Source: a virus
Length of the DNA: 64,000 nt
IMG/VR virus record: IMGVR_UViG_3300033273_000460
Location: 1-64,000 of that record
Reading direction: 5' to 3' (one strand)
Shown here: positions 48,186-57,945 of the stretch, piece after piece
Numbering within the stretch: the stretch's first letter is position 1
Layout: every line of letters begins with the position of its first letter
Position numbers and translations under genes: made by a program
The notes under the pieces: model-generated
Database searches by the model: none
What the model saw: only the letters and a program-made list of their open reading frames with translations
Told to the model about the DNA's origin: nothing

Positions 48186-51100
48186 ATGGCACCTGTTGGT
48201 CTAACAGACAAACAATTCCAGGCATTTGCTGAAGCTGTTCGCCAAAGAGAAAGTGGCGGTAACTACCAACTGGTGAGTGAAAATGGCTACGTTGGTGCAT
48301 ACCAATTCAGTGCCGCACAACTTGTTGACAGTGGGTTTATTGATAGAACCAGTTATTCAGAAGCCAGTGCTAGTAGCACCTACAGCCAATTGGAATTTGT
48401 AAACGCACAGTCAAATTGGCTAAGTTCAGGTGGTTTATCTAGTTTTTTAACCAACCCAGGACAACAGGACAGTGCTTTTGAAGCACTGAGCAATCGCAAC
48501 AGGCGACAATTGGTGTCTAGTGGTGTGCTTGATGATACCAGCTCAGGAGCCGACACTGCTGGAATGCTAGGCGTAGCACATTTGTTAGGACCAAGCCAAG
48601 CTGCTAACTGGCGCCTAAATGATGATGCCGCTGTTGATATAGAATTTAGCGACGATGCTGCAATTAGATTTAGCGAAGCAGCAAGTAGCATTAGTAGTGA
48701 CGTAGTAGTTACCTCTTCGCAAACTGTTTCCAGAGCAACAAGAACTGAAACTGCTGTATTTGACGATGGGCCTTTAGAAGTTACAGTAAGGCCCATAGAA
48801 GGAATAAATCCTACTCCAGGCAGAGTTGGCACAACAGTAAGAAATGGCCCAGCTGGAGAAGCAATGCCAAGTGCTCCACCGGCTACAGCAACACCAAGTG
48901 CTGCACCTAGAACAGTGGTTGCAACTGATCCTGGAGCAGAGCCTGCACCTGAAGCTGCTGCTCCGCAAGAAACAACTCAAGAAGTAACAGGCGGTCAAGC
49001 AGCATCTGGCAGTCCTCAAAGTTTTACTCAAGATCTTAGCAATGTAAAAATTGATGTAAAACCAAACCCTCTAAACGATTTTGCAAGTTATACTTACAAT
49101 CTAAGTTTGTATATGATGGGTGTAAAAGGCTACATAGATCTAATGCGCAGCCCTAGTTCTAGTCCGCTTGAAGCAGTCAATAACACTACCAAGGTGTTGG
49201 TTGCAAGAAGTGGCGGAATGGGTAGACCGTTAAATGAACAATTTGACATAGACTTTTTTATAGATAGTTTGAGTGTTACTAATGTAGGTTCACCTAATCG
49301 CAGTGCAGCAAACACAAATGCTGTAGATATCAAATTTGAAATCTATGAGCCTCGTGGTATTACACTGATTGAAAGACTAAAAGAAGCCAGCGATTCATTT
49401 GGCGAAGATACCAATTATATCAACACTCCATACTTGTTACAGATTGATTTTAAGGGATACGACGACGAAGGTAAACAAATTAATCAACGCATACTGCCAA
49501 GATATATTCCTCTAAAAATTGTAGAGTTGAGTTTTGAAATTACTTCAAGTGGTGCTGCTTATAAATGCACTGCAGTGCCTTTTCATCACAATGTGTTTGG
49601 CAGTATCAACAACACCATTCCACTAAACGTTCAAGTAAAAGCAACAACAGTTGGAGATATTTTTAGCAGTAGTACTCAAGCTATCGAAGATGAACAAGTA
49701 ACAGATGATACAACAGGCGAAACATCAAATGTATCAGTTGTTAAAGGAAAAGCAACCACACTAGCTGCAGCAATAACTGATTACAACAGAAAAACAACAG
49801 AGCCAAAAAGAGAAAACAAAGGCGGTCCTCCGGATCAAGACATCATTACACCTGCTGAAGCAGAATTGTATGACGAAGTAGAATTTAACCCTGGCGGAGA
49901 AATAGCAAACAGTCTATTAGTAACAGACAAATTTGATGCACTCAACACAGACATGAAAGAAGCAGGCGATGCTTTCAGACAGTATGCATCTACAGTCAAA
50001 GGCAAAGTTCAACTAGAAGACAATCAAATATTCCGTATCAATGCCGGTACAGGTATTGTTAGTTTGTTAAACTTTGTTGTCATAGCCAGTAACTATATGG
50101 AACGTAATGTGCTTGAAGAAAATGCAGGATCAGGCAAAGGACAAAACACACCTGTGTATTGGTGGAAGATTAAACCCAAATTGATAGACATAAAAGGCTG
50201 GGACAAAAAAGCAGGACGTTACAAATACAAAGTGCGTTATGATGTAATTCCTACCACAGTGTTCTACAGTGACTATCCATGGGCACCAAGAAGCAAACCT
50301 GCAGGTGATGGATTCCATAAAAAATATGATTACATTTTCACTGGTATAAACACAGAAGTAATTGGCTTTAAATTAGATTTCAACACTGCATACTACCAAG
50401 CCAATCAGTTTGGCACAGGTGTTCCAGATGGTGAACAGCAAGACGCAAAAACTACTTTCCCAGTTGCAAAGCAACCTCAGGCAATCAGCACTGAGAGCGA
50501 AAACCTAAAAAGTGATACCACAGTAGAAGCAAAACGCAGCAAAGATTTGCTGAGTACCATCATGACAGAAGGCGCTGACCTAATAGAATTAAAAATGGAC
50601 ATACTTGGTGATCCTGATTACATTCCAACAGGCGATGGCTTTTTCCAAAAAGACGAACTTGCCAACAGACTTTACACAAAACCGTACTGGCCCGATGGCA
50701 CTATTAACTATGATTTGACTATACCACATGTGCAAGTCAATTTTAAGACTCCAACAGAGTATGATGATTTAACTGGATTGTTAGATCCAACAGTGGATAA
50801 AAGATACAGTAGCAGCGAGTTCAGTGGAATTTACAAAGTGATTGAAGTTCGCAGCACTTTCCAAGGCGGTGCGTTTACACAAAAATTAAATCTTGTGCGT
50901 ACGAAAACACAACCTGATAAAAATGGTCAAATTGAGCAAAACAGCTACAGTGAAGCATTTAATCCAGGTGCTGTAGGCAAGAGTGCTAAAAAAGAAATGC
51001 CAAAACAGATCACAAAAGTTGATGATGTTTCACAACAGACACAAATTGATCAGACTGATGCGACCACACCAACACAAGCTCAAAGAATGCAAAACAACTT

Positions 51101-51239
51101 AGGTGCAAGCAGAACATCAAGAGATCAGTCTGACGATACAGGACCAACTGATAGACAAAGTGCAATAATACAAAGACTTTCACGCCAAAGGTTAACAGAT
51201 ACCAACACTGAAGTTGATCCAACACAGTTCGCAACATAA
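48186..51239 (+). CDS. Baseplate hub protein (gp27-like) with N-terminal lysozyme-like domain
   Basis: N-terminal RESGGNY...GYVGAYQF; NPLNDFASYTYNLSL; C-terminal ILGDPDY and SGIYKVIEVRSTF..G.FTQ.L.L.R typical of hub proteins. Confidence 0.65.
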   Translation: MAPVGLTDKQFQAFAEAVRQRESGGNYQLVSENGYVGAYQFSAAQLVDSGFIDRTSYSEASASSTYSQLEFVNAQSNWLSSGGLSSFLTNPGQQDSAFEALSNRNRRQLVSSGVLDDTSSGADTAGMLGVAHLLGPSQAANWRLNDDAAVDIEFSDDAAIRFSEAASSISSDVVVTSSQTVSRATRTETAVFDDGPLEVTVRPIEGINPTPGRVGTTVRNGPAGEAMPSAPPATATPSAAPRTVVATDPGAEPAPEAAAPQETTQEVTGGQAASGSPQSFTQDLSNVKIDVKPNPLNDFASYTYNLSLYMMGVKGYIDLMRSPSSSPLEAVNNTTKVLVARSGGMGRPLNEQFDIDFFIDSLSVTNVGSPNRSAANTNAVDIKFEIYEPRGITLIERLKEASDSFGEDTNYINTPYLLQIDFKGYDDEGKQINQRILPRYIPLKIVELSFEITSSGAAYKCTAVPFHHNVFGSINNTIPLNVQVKATTVGDIFSSSTQAIEDEQVTDDTTGETSNVSVVKGKATTLAAAITDYNRKTTEPKRENKGGPPDQDIITPAEAELYDEVEFNPGGEIANSLLVTDKFDALNTDMKEAGDAFRQYASTVKGKVQLEDNQIFRINAGTGIVSLLNFVVIASNYMERNVLEENAGSGKGQNTPVYWWKIKPKLIDIKGWDKKAGRYKYKVRYDVIPTTVFYSDYPWAPRSKPAGDGFHKKYDYIFTGINTEVIGFKLDFNTAYYQANQFGTGVPDGEQQDAKTTFPVAKQPQAISTESENLKSDTTVEAKRSKDLLSTIMTEGADLIELKMDILGDPDYIPTGDGFFQKDELANRLYTKPYWPDGTINYDLTIPHVQVNFKTPTEYDDLTGLLDPTVDKRYSSSEFSGIYKVIEVRSTFQGGAFTQKLNLVRTKTQPDKNGQIEQNSYSEAFNPGAVGKSAKKEMPKQITKVDDVSQQTQIDQTDATTPTQAQRMQNNLGASRTSRDQSDDTGPTDRQSAIIQRLSRQRLTDTNTEVDPTQFAT

Positions 51240-51257
51240 AAAAATAGGAAGATATAG

Positions 51258-53966
51258 ATGGCAATCAGTTCAAGAAATGTAGGGCGCAGAGGAGGAGACA
51301 AAGCCTTTGATACCAGTGCTAAACGTGGTGTTATGGAAGAAAAAGGTATTGTCATTGGCATTGTAAAAGAAAATGCTCATCCTGTGCGCATGGGCAATAT
51401 CATGGTGTTCATACCTGGCAGAGGTGCTACTGGACGAACACAACAAGGTGATGCCAAAAGCATTGAAGATGATCCAGCGCAATGGCGCATGGTGCGTTAT
51501 GCTACTCCTTGGTATAGTAGAACAGACGCCACTAGTTCAAAAAACACATACCAAGAAGTAAAAAACACAGCAGGTATAATTTATCCTGCACCCGATATTG
51601 GTACCAAAGTGCTGTGCTTTTTTCCAGAAGGCAAAAACGCTGAAGGTTTTTGGTTTGCTTGTGCACCTGATCCTTACATGATGCAGAGTTTGCCCGAGCC
51701 AACAAGGTCATCTAATTTTACACAAAACGGAGACATAACACCAAGAAACGCAGCACCTTCAGGCGAGTTTAACGATAAGACTACAGACACACGATCACTC
51801 AAAGAATACATCAGTGTCACTCGCAGTTTGCAAAATGATTTTTACACAAATCTTGTAAAACAAGGCATAGATGAAAGTTTTAGCAAAGGCATAAGCAACA
51901 GTGGTTACATGCGTGACACACCTGCAGAACTTATTGGCATTACCACCAAAGGTCGCAAGATAGATGCCAATGGAATAGACATTGCTGCTCGCGAAGATAT
52001 ACAAAGCGCACTCAGAAGTAATGATGAAAAAAAGGGTGTAAGTGGAGATAATTTAAAAATACTCAAAGGTTTTAGACGTGCCAAAGGACACAGTCTAATA
52101 CTTGACGATGGTGATCTACAAGGCCAAGATCAACTCATACGACTTCGCAGTGCTAAAGGTGCACAGTTTTTGATACATGACACAGAAGAGTTTGTGTACA
52201 TCATCAACCAAAGTGGCAACGCATGGATGAGCATGGACAAGCATGGACAGATTGATGTGTACAGCGAAAGAAACATCAACTTCCGCAGCACAAATATGAA
52301 CTTCCATGCTGAAAAAGATATAAAAATGCATGCTGGAAACTTTATTGATCTGGTAAGCGAAAACGAAGTTAACATTGAAGCAGACCAAGATGTAAGCATG
52401 CACAGCACAGGAGCAATGGCTTTTGTTAATGCCAGTGATGCGGTACACATAAATGCTGGCGGTCAATTGAACATGGCTGGTGGCACTATCACAAATATCA
52501 AAGCTGGTCCTGCAATGAACGTTCAAGCAGGTACTATATTCTTGCAAGGTAATGCTACTGATCCTACTACTAAAAGTGCTATTCCAAGTAGTAAGCCAAG
52601 TGATACACAACTAGAGGATAACTTTTACACTGCTAACACTGAAATATACACCACAGTTGACAGAGTGCCTACACACGAACCTTATCCAAATTTTGATCAA
52701 ATCACTGAGCCAACATCACGTGGTAACAGACGCGGCAGCGGAGGCAGCGGTGGTGCAGTTGGCAGTATGCAAGGCTCAGGCTTAGGTGCTGAAACACCTA
52801 TCAGCAGTGGAATTGAACCAATTCCTGGTGCACTTGGTGGTGTTGAAGATTTCTCTGGTCCTTTAGCAACTGCAACAGGTGGACAACTGTCTAGTGCTTT
52901 AAGTTCTGATGTAACTAGTCAAATAAGCGACACAGGTGGTATTACTGCTATATCAGGCAGTGCCAGCACAATCACTGCAAGTAGTTTTGATATAGGAGGT
53001 CTAAGCAAAGCAGTAAATGGTGCAGGCGTTAGCGGCCTAGCAGACATATCAAACACTGTGCCTGGAATAACTGGTGTAACAGACTCTGGCGGTCTCGTAC
53101 AAGATTTTGGAGGCAATTTGCCTGTTGAGTTTCCTATGCCAAATGTGATTACTGGTGTAAGCAGTGTAGATAGATTTTCTCCAGAAAGTTTAGCACAAAG
53201 CAGCACTCTCAGCAAACTTAACGCAGGCAGTTTGAGCAAAGTTACAGGTGCATTACCAAACAGTGCTAATTTTGGACAACTACCAGGATTGGCAAATGTT
53301 AAAAACTTTGCTAACAATGGACTAGCAAATTACCCTCGAGGTTTTGATCCTGTTAAAATTTTACAAAGCAATCAATTTTCAACAGGTGTTGGAGGAATTG
53401 ATGCAGACACTCTCAGAGGAATGGCTGCAGCACAAACCAGTTTTGTTGGCAGTGGAGGACTAACAGACTTTGTTGACAGTTCAACAGGTGCTGTTGGCAA
53501 ATATGGATTTACAGTAAGCAATCTAAAAGACGCTGGTTTTATCAAACCTAATGCGGTGTTGAACGCACAGTTACAAGACTCAAGAATGTGGACAGGCTAT
53601 CAAGGCATTGACAGTTTTAGCACATTTGCCACCAATAGCAGTTTACAGGATTCGTTGTTTGCTGAAGTTACACAAAAGAACATGCAAAGTTTAGCAAATT
53701 TAGGCACGTTATTTCCTAATGACCCAACAGATGTAATGGCAGGATTAGCCAACGTATCAAACGCAGTAGGTGTAAAAAATGCAGGCAATCTCAGGTATGC
53801 TAGAGATTTACAACCATTTCCTGTAGATGGAACAACCACAGTGTTAAGTTCACAAGATGTACAAGCAAAATCAAACCAATTGTTAGCAGAAACTATGAGT
53901 GCAGTCAACAGTCCGTTGTTGCAGAATCCTTTACAGCGCAGTCTGTTTAGGGATGTTCAGGTGTAG
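51258..53966 (+). CDS. gp5: Baseplate spike protein (gp5/VgrG-like)
   Basis: OB-fold (GIVKEN..P.RMG.I.V, PDIGTKVLCFF..G), GHSLILDDG...IRLRS..G.Q, beta-helix repeats, RVPTHEPY. Confidence 0.75.
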   Translation: MAISSRNVGRRGGDKAFDTSAKRGVMEEKGIVIGIVKENAHPVRMGNIMVFIPGRGATGRTQQGDAKSIEDDPAQWRMVRYATPWYSRTDATSSKNTYQEVKNTAGIIYPAPDIGTKVLCFFPEGKNAEGFWFACAPDPYMMQSLPEPTRSSNFTQNGDITPRNAAPSGEFNDKTTDTRSLKEYISVTRSLQNDFYTNLVKQGIDESFSKGISNSGYMRDTPAELIGITTKGRKIDANGIDIAAREDIQSALRSNDEKKGVSGDNLKILKGFRRAKGHSLILDDGDLQGQDQLIRLRSAKGAQFLIHDTEEFVYIINQSGNAWMSMDKHGQIDVYSERNINFRSTNMNFHAEKDIKMHAGNFIDLVSENEVNIEADQDVSMHSTGAMAFVNASDAVHINAGGQLNMAGGTITNIKAGPAMNVQAGTIFLQGNATDPTTKSAIPSSKPSDTQLEDNFYTANTEIYTTVDRVPTHEPYPNFDQITEPTSRGNRRGSGGSGGAVGSMQGSGLGAETPISSGIEPIPGALGGVEDFSGPLATATGGQLSSALSSDVTSQISDTGGITAISGSASTITASSFDIGGLSKAVNGAGVSGLADISNTVPGITGVTDSGGLVQDFGGNLPVEFPMPNVITGVSSVDRFSPESLAQSSTLSKLNAGSLSKVTGALPNSANFGQLPGLANVKNFANNGLANYPRGFDPVKILQSNQFSTGVGGIDADTLRGMAAAQTSFVGSGGLTDFVDSSTGAVGKYGFTVSNLKDAGFIKPNAVLNAQLQDSRMWTGYQGIDSFSTFATNSSLQDSLFAEVTQKNMQSLANLGTLFPNDPTDVMAGLANVSNAVGVKNAGNLRYARDLQPFPVDGTTTVLSSQDVQAKSNQLLAETMSAVNSPLLQNPLQRSLFRDVQV

Positions 53967-53977
53967 GTAAATACGTT

Positions 53978-54355
53978 ATGGCTTACTACAGAGGTTACAA
54001 CACAGTAGATAATATTTTTAGCAGCACAAGATTGACTGAAAGTTCATTGGTGCGCAGAGATATTCTCAATCATTTTAACGTCAATCAAGGCGAAGCAGTG
54101 ATGCGTCCAAACTTTGGTACTATAATTCAAAGTTTAGTTTTTGAACCATTAACACCAGAAACACAAGAATTAATTATTACCGAAATAAAACGTGTTGTAA
54201 ACAGTGATCCGAGAGTTGTAATGGCTGATATGGAGCTGGAAGAATATCAAAGTGGAATTCAAGTTGCCATGACATTAAATTATAGAAACACTGATCTTAG
54301 TGAACAACTCTTTATTAAATTTGATAGAGATACACAAACTGCAGTGTTTGTATAA
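53978..54355 (+). CDS. gp25: Baseplate wedge protein gp25
   Basis: DILNHF...GE.VMRPNFGT.I..LVFEPL...I..VV..DPRV. Confidence 0.9.
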   Translation: MAYYRGYNTVDNIFSSTRLTESSLVRRDILNHFNVNQGEAVMRPNFGTIIQSLVFEPLTPETQELIITEIKRVVNSDPRVVMADMELEEYQSGIQVAMTLNYRNTDLSEQLFIKFDRDTQTAVFV

Positions 54356-54402
54356 TATGCGTAGTTTATACATCAAATAAATAACACAAATAGGACGTAA
54401 AC

Positions 54403-57400
54403 ATGGCACACATCACTAGACAATCAAATTTGTTTGCTGCAGAGGATTGGACCAAACTATACGAAAGTTTCAAGGAAATTGACTTTCAGAGTTATGATTA
54501 TCAAACAATTCGTAAGAGTTTGATTGACTATTTGCGTACCTATTATCCGGAAGATTTTAACGATTTTATTGAAAGCAGTGAATATGTTGCACTGATTGAT
54601 ATGATTGCATATCAAGCACAGGCACTGAGTTTTCGCACAGATTTAAACGCTAGAGAAAACTTTTTAGAAACTGCTACACGCAGGGACAGTGTGTTACGTC
54701 TTGCCAAAATGGTTAACTACAACCCAAAACGCACACAAGTAGCACGTGGATTGATCAAAGTTGTTGGTGTAGAAACAACTGAAAGCATTTTTGACAGCAA
54801 TGGCACAGATCTACAAGGCACTACAATATTTTGGGGAGACACAAACAACCCTGATTTCTTAGAGCAATTTACAACAGTAATGAATGCTGCTTTGTTTAGG
54901 ACACAACGTTTTGGTAAACCTGCTGCAACAACCACTGTTGCAGGTGTTACAATTGACGAATATAATATTAATATTGTGCCTAGTACAGTTCCTGTTTATG
55001 AATTCCAACAAACAATCAATGGCACAAACATGACCTTTGAAGTTGTAAAAGGTACATACAGCGGAACAAACTATCTATACGAAGTTGCACCAAAACCAAG
55101 CAACAGCACCAATGTGCTTTATCGCAATGATGGTAGAGGTTTTAACAGTGCTGACAGCGGCTTTTTCTTTTACATCAAACAAGGTCAACTACAAGTAAGT
55201 GACTTTACTGTTGAGGATAGTTTGCCAAACAGAATTATTGATGTTGAAGTAAGCAACATTGACAACAACGATGTTTATTTGTACAAAGTTGACAGCAATG
55301 GATTAGAAACAACACAATGGTCAAAACTACCAAGTGTTAGTGGTACGAATGTTATCTACAACAGTTTGAGCAACAACACAAAAACAATTTTTAGTATCAA
55401 CAGTAAAACAAATGATCAAATACAACTGTTGTTTGGTGATGGCGTGTTCACAGATATTCCTGTAGGCGACTTCCGCACCTATTACAGAGTTGGCAATGGC
55501 TTAACTTACAAAATTGAACCACAGGATATGCAAAACATTGAGATTAACATTCCATACGTTTCGCATGATAATCAATTGGAAACACTCACAGTAACATTAA
55601 GTTTGCAAAACACAATCAGCAATGGCACTGCAAAAGAAACACTAACCAATATCAAGACCAAAGCACAACAACAGTATTACACACAAAACAGAATGGTAAC
55701 TGGCGAAGATTATCAGATCTTTCCATTTACAAACTTCAATGATATTGTAAAAGCAAAAGCAGTAAACAGAACTGCTAGTGGCATCAGCAGGTATCTTGAT
55801 GTGCGTGATACCACAGGCAAGTACAGTAGCACAAACATCATAGCCAAAGATGGTATCTTGTATCGTAGCGAAAGCATCAAAAACTTTACATTTGATTTTG
55901 TAACAGACAGTGACATTGCTGTAATGATCAGCGGAACACTAGAGCCTATTGTACAAAACACAGAAAGCAAACATTTTTACTATAAAAATTATCCTTACAT
56001 CACTGCTCCTGCAGGTGTTACCTGGAACCAAAGTACAAGAGGTACTGCTAGTGTAACAGGATATTTTAAAAATGCAAGTAATAATCCACAACCAATTGGA
56101 ACATTTACAACTTCAAACATGAAGTATGTCAAACAAGGCACTTTGCTCAAGTTTACTCCTCCAAGTGGATATGTTTTTGATGTAAACAACAATCTTGTAG
56201 CAACACCAACAACACTACGTGGTACAAAAGAATATGTTTGGGCAAGCATTAGCAGTGTTACTGGAGATGGTACAAACCAGGGTGTTGGAAATCTTCTAGA
56301 TGGAACTGGTCCTGTAACACTAAGTGAGGTAATTCCTAGCACTGCAATATTGACCAGTATCATTGCACCATGGAACACTGTACTTCCACAAAGTGTGCGC
56401 AACCTAATTATTAACAATGTTAACACCTACAAAACATTTGCACTAAGATATGATGTTGACACACAAGAATGGACAGAAATCAATGCGCTTGACTTGAGCA
56501 GTAGCACAACATTTGATTTAGGAAACGCCGGCGATACATCAGAAAACAATTTAGATGCAAGTTGGATCTATAAATTTACCAACGATGGCATCACATACAC
56601 TGTTCAATATCGTAGCACAGAATATGTTTTTGAAAGTGCGTTAGAGACACGTTTCTATTTTGATCCAGACCAAAGCATATTTGATCCTGCAAGTGGTCGT
56701 ACAATCAAAGACACAATAAACATATTAACAGTTAACAGTCAACCAGATGCAGATACTGCACTAGGGCAAGGTTACAAATTAAACATTGCTGATAGGTATG
56801 TTGAAACAGATGGTTTTGTAATAAGTGAAAAAATTAAAGTTACATTTGCTGATGTAGACAATGACAGTGTTGCTGACGATCCTGAATTTTTTGACAAAAT
56901 TGTAGCACCTGATGTAAACAGCACTACTAAAATTGTATACTATAAAAATTACCTAGACATAGAAGGCTACAGTAGAGAAGAACCTGTTGCATCAAGCACA
57001 ATTGAAGCACAGTACACAACACTAAGTGCTATCAATGCTGTGGTGCAAAGTTACGCTGCTGGACAAATCTTTTATGCCAGCAGTGAACAAAAATTTTACA
57101 TAACCAGTGTTGACAACGACAATGTTCGCACTGTTGCTCGGACAACAGATTATACTACCAAGGTTGGCAGAGACAACTTGATATTCCAATACACACACAA
57201 TGCGCCAAACACCAGACGCATTGATCCAAGTCCAACCAATCTTATAGACATGTATTTGCTTACACGCACTTACGACCAAGACTATCGGAATTGGGTAAGT
57301 GATATCACAGGACGTGTGAGCAAGCCTGCACAGTTAACCACAAGTCAATTGCGAGATAACTACGGAAGTCTTGACAATGCTAAAAGTGTTAGTGACAGTT

Positions 57401-57945
57401 TGATTTTCCATAATGTTAGTTACAGACCATTGTTTGGTAACAAAGCAGATGAAGAACTACAAGCAACATTTAAAGTAGTGAAAAATAAACAAGCATTTGT
57501 AAGTGATAATGAAATTAAAGCCAGTGTTGTACAAGCAATTAATGATTATTTTGCTTTAGAAAACTGGGATTTTGGTGATACTTTTTATTTCAGTGAATTG
57601 AGTGCATACTTGCATCAAACACTAGCACCAAATGTATTAAGCATTATTATTGTACCAAAGAAAAGTACAAGTGTATTTGGAAGCCTATACCAAATAACCA
57701 GTAACAGGGATGAAATTTTTATCAGCAGTGCAACTGTAAATGATATTGAAATTATTGATACAATAACTGCTACACAATTGGCAGCAAGTGGTAACGTTGT
57801 TAGTAATGCAGCATCAACCATTGCAAGTGAAAGTATTATAAGTGCTACATCAGGTAACACAACAACTGCAGTGACAACAAGTACAAATAACACAACCAGT
57901 ACTACAACAAGTGCAAGTTCAAGCAGTGGAGGCTATAGTTACTAA
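54403..57945 (+). CDS. gp6: Baseplate wedge protein gp6-like (1180 aa)
   Basis: DFNDFIESSE...LID..AY, ENFLETA.RRDSVLRLA..VNY.PKR, LFGDG.F..IP, QNRMVTGEDY, WDFGDTFYFSEL. Confidence 0.88.
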   Translation: MAHITRQSNLFAAEDWTKLYESFKEIDFQSYDYQTIRKSLIDYLRTYYPEDFNDFIESSEYVALIDMIAYQAQALSFRTDLNARENFLETATRRDSVLRLAKMVNYNPKRTQVARGLIKVVGVETTESIFDSNGTDLQGTTIFWGDTNNPDFLEQFTTVMNAALFRTQRFGKPAATTTVAGVTIDEYNINIVPSTVPVYEFQQTINGTNMTFEVVKGTYSGTNYLYEVAPKPSNSTNVLYRNDGRGFNSADSGFFFYIKQGQLQVSDFTVEDSLPNRIIDVEVSNIDNNDVYLYKVDSNGLETTQWSKLPSVSGTNVIYNSLSNNTKTIFSINSKTNDQIQLLFGDGVFTDIPVGDFRTYYRVGNGLTYKIEPQDMQNIEINIPYVSHDNQLETLTVTLSLQNTISNGTAKETLTNIKTKAQQQYYTQNRMVTGEDYQIFPFTNFNDIVKAKAVNRTASGISRYLDVRDTTGKYSSTNIIAKDGILYRSESIKNFTFDFVTDSDIAVMISGTLEPIVQNTESKHFYYKNYPYITAPAGVTWNQSTRGTASVTGYFKNASNNPQPIGTFTTSNMKYVKQGTLLKFTPPSGYVFDVNNNLVATPTTLRGTKEYVWASISSVTGDGTNQGVGNLLDGTGPVTLSEVIPSTAILTSIIAPWNTVLPQSVRNLIINNVNTYKTFALRYDVDTQEWTEINALDLSSSTTFDLGNAGDTSENNLDASWIYKFTNDGITYTVQYRSTEYVFESALETRFYFDPDQSIFDPASGRTIKDTINILTVNSQPDADTALGQGYKLNIADRYVETDGFVISEKIKVTFADVDNDSVADDPEFFDKIVAPDVNSTTKIVYYKNYLDIEGYSREEPVASSTIEAQYTTLSAINAVVQSYAAGQIFYASSEQKFYITSVDNDNVRTVARTTDYTTKVGRDNLIFQYTHNAPNTRRIDPSPTNLIDMYLLTRTYDQDYRNWVSDITGRVSKPAQLTTSQLRDNYGSLDNAKSVSDSLIFHNVSYRPLFGNKADEELQATFKVVKNKQAFVSDNEIKASVVQAINDYFALENWDFGDTFYFSELSAYLHQTLAPNVLSIIIVPKKSTSVFGSLYQITSNRDEIFISSATVNDIEIIDTITATQLAASGNVVSNAASTIASESIISATSGNTTTAVTTSTNNTTSTTTSASSSSGGYSY

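Larger units (their letters stand above)
2650..54383. promoter_or_regulatory. Dispersed T4-type late promoters, consensus NATAAATA
   Basis: Minus: 2650, 6033, 8440, 15074, 18920, 24129, 29179, 30612, 31782, 36420, 38151. Plus: 10454, 40579, 46962, 54376. Each lies shortly upstream of a structural gene start; gp55 is in the window. Confidence 0.85.
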
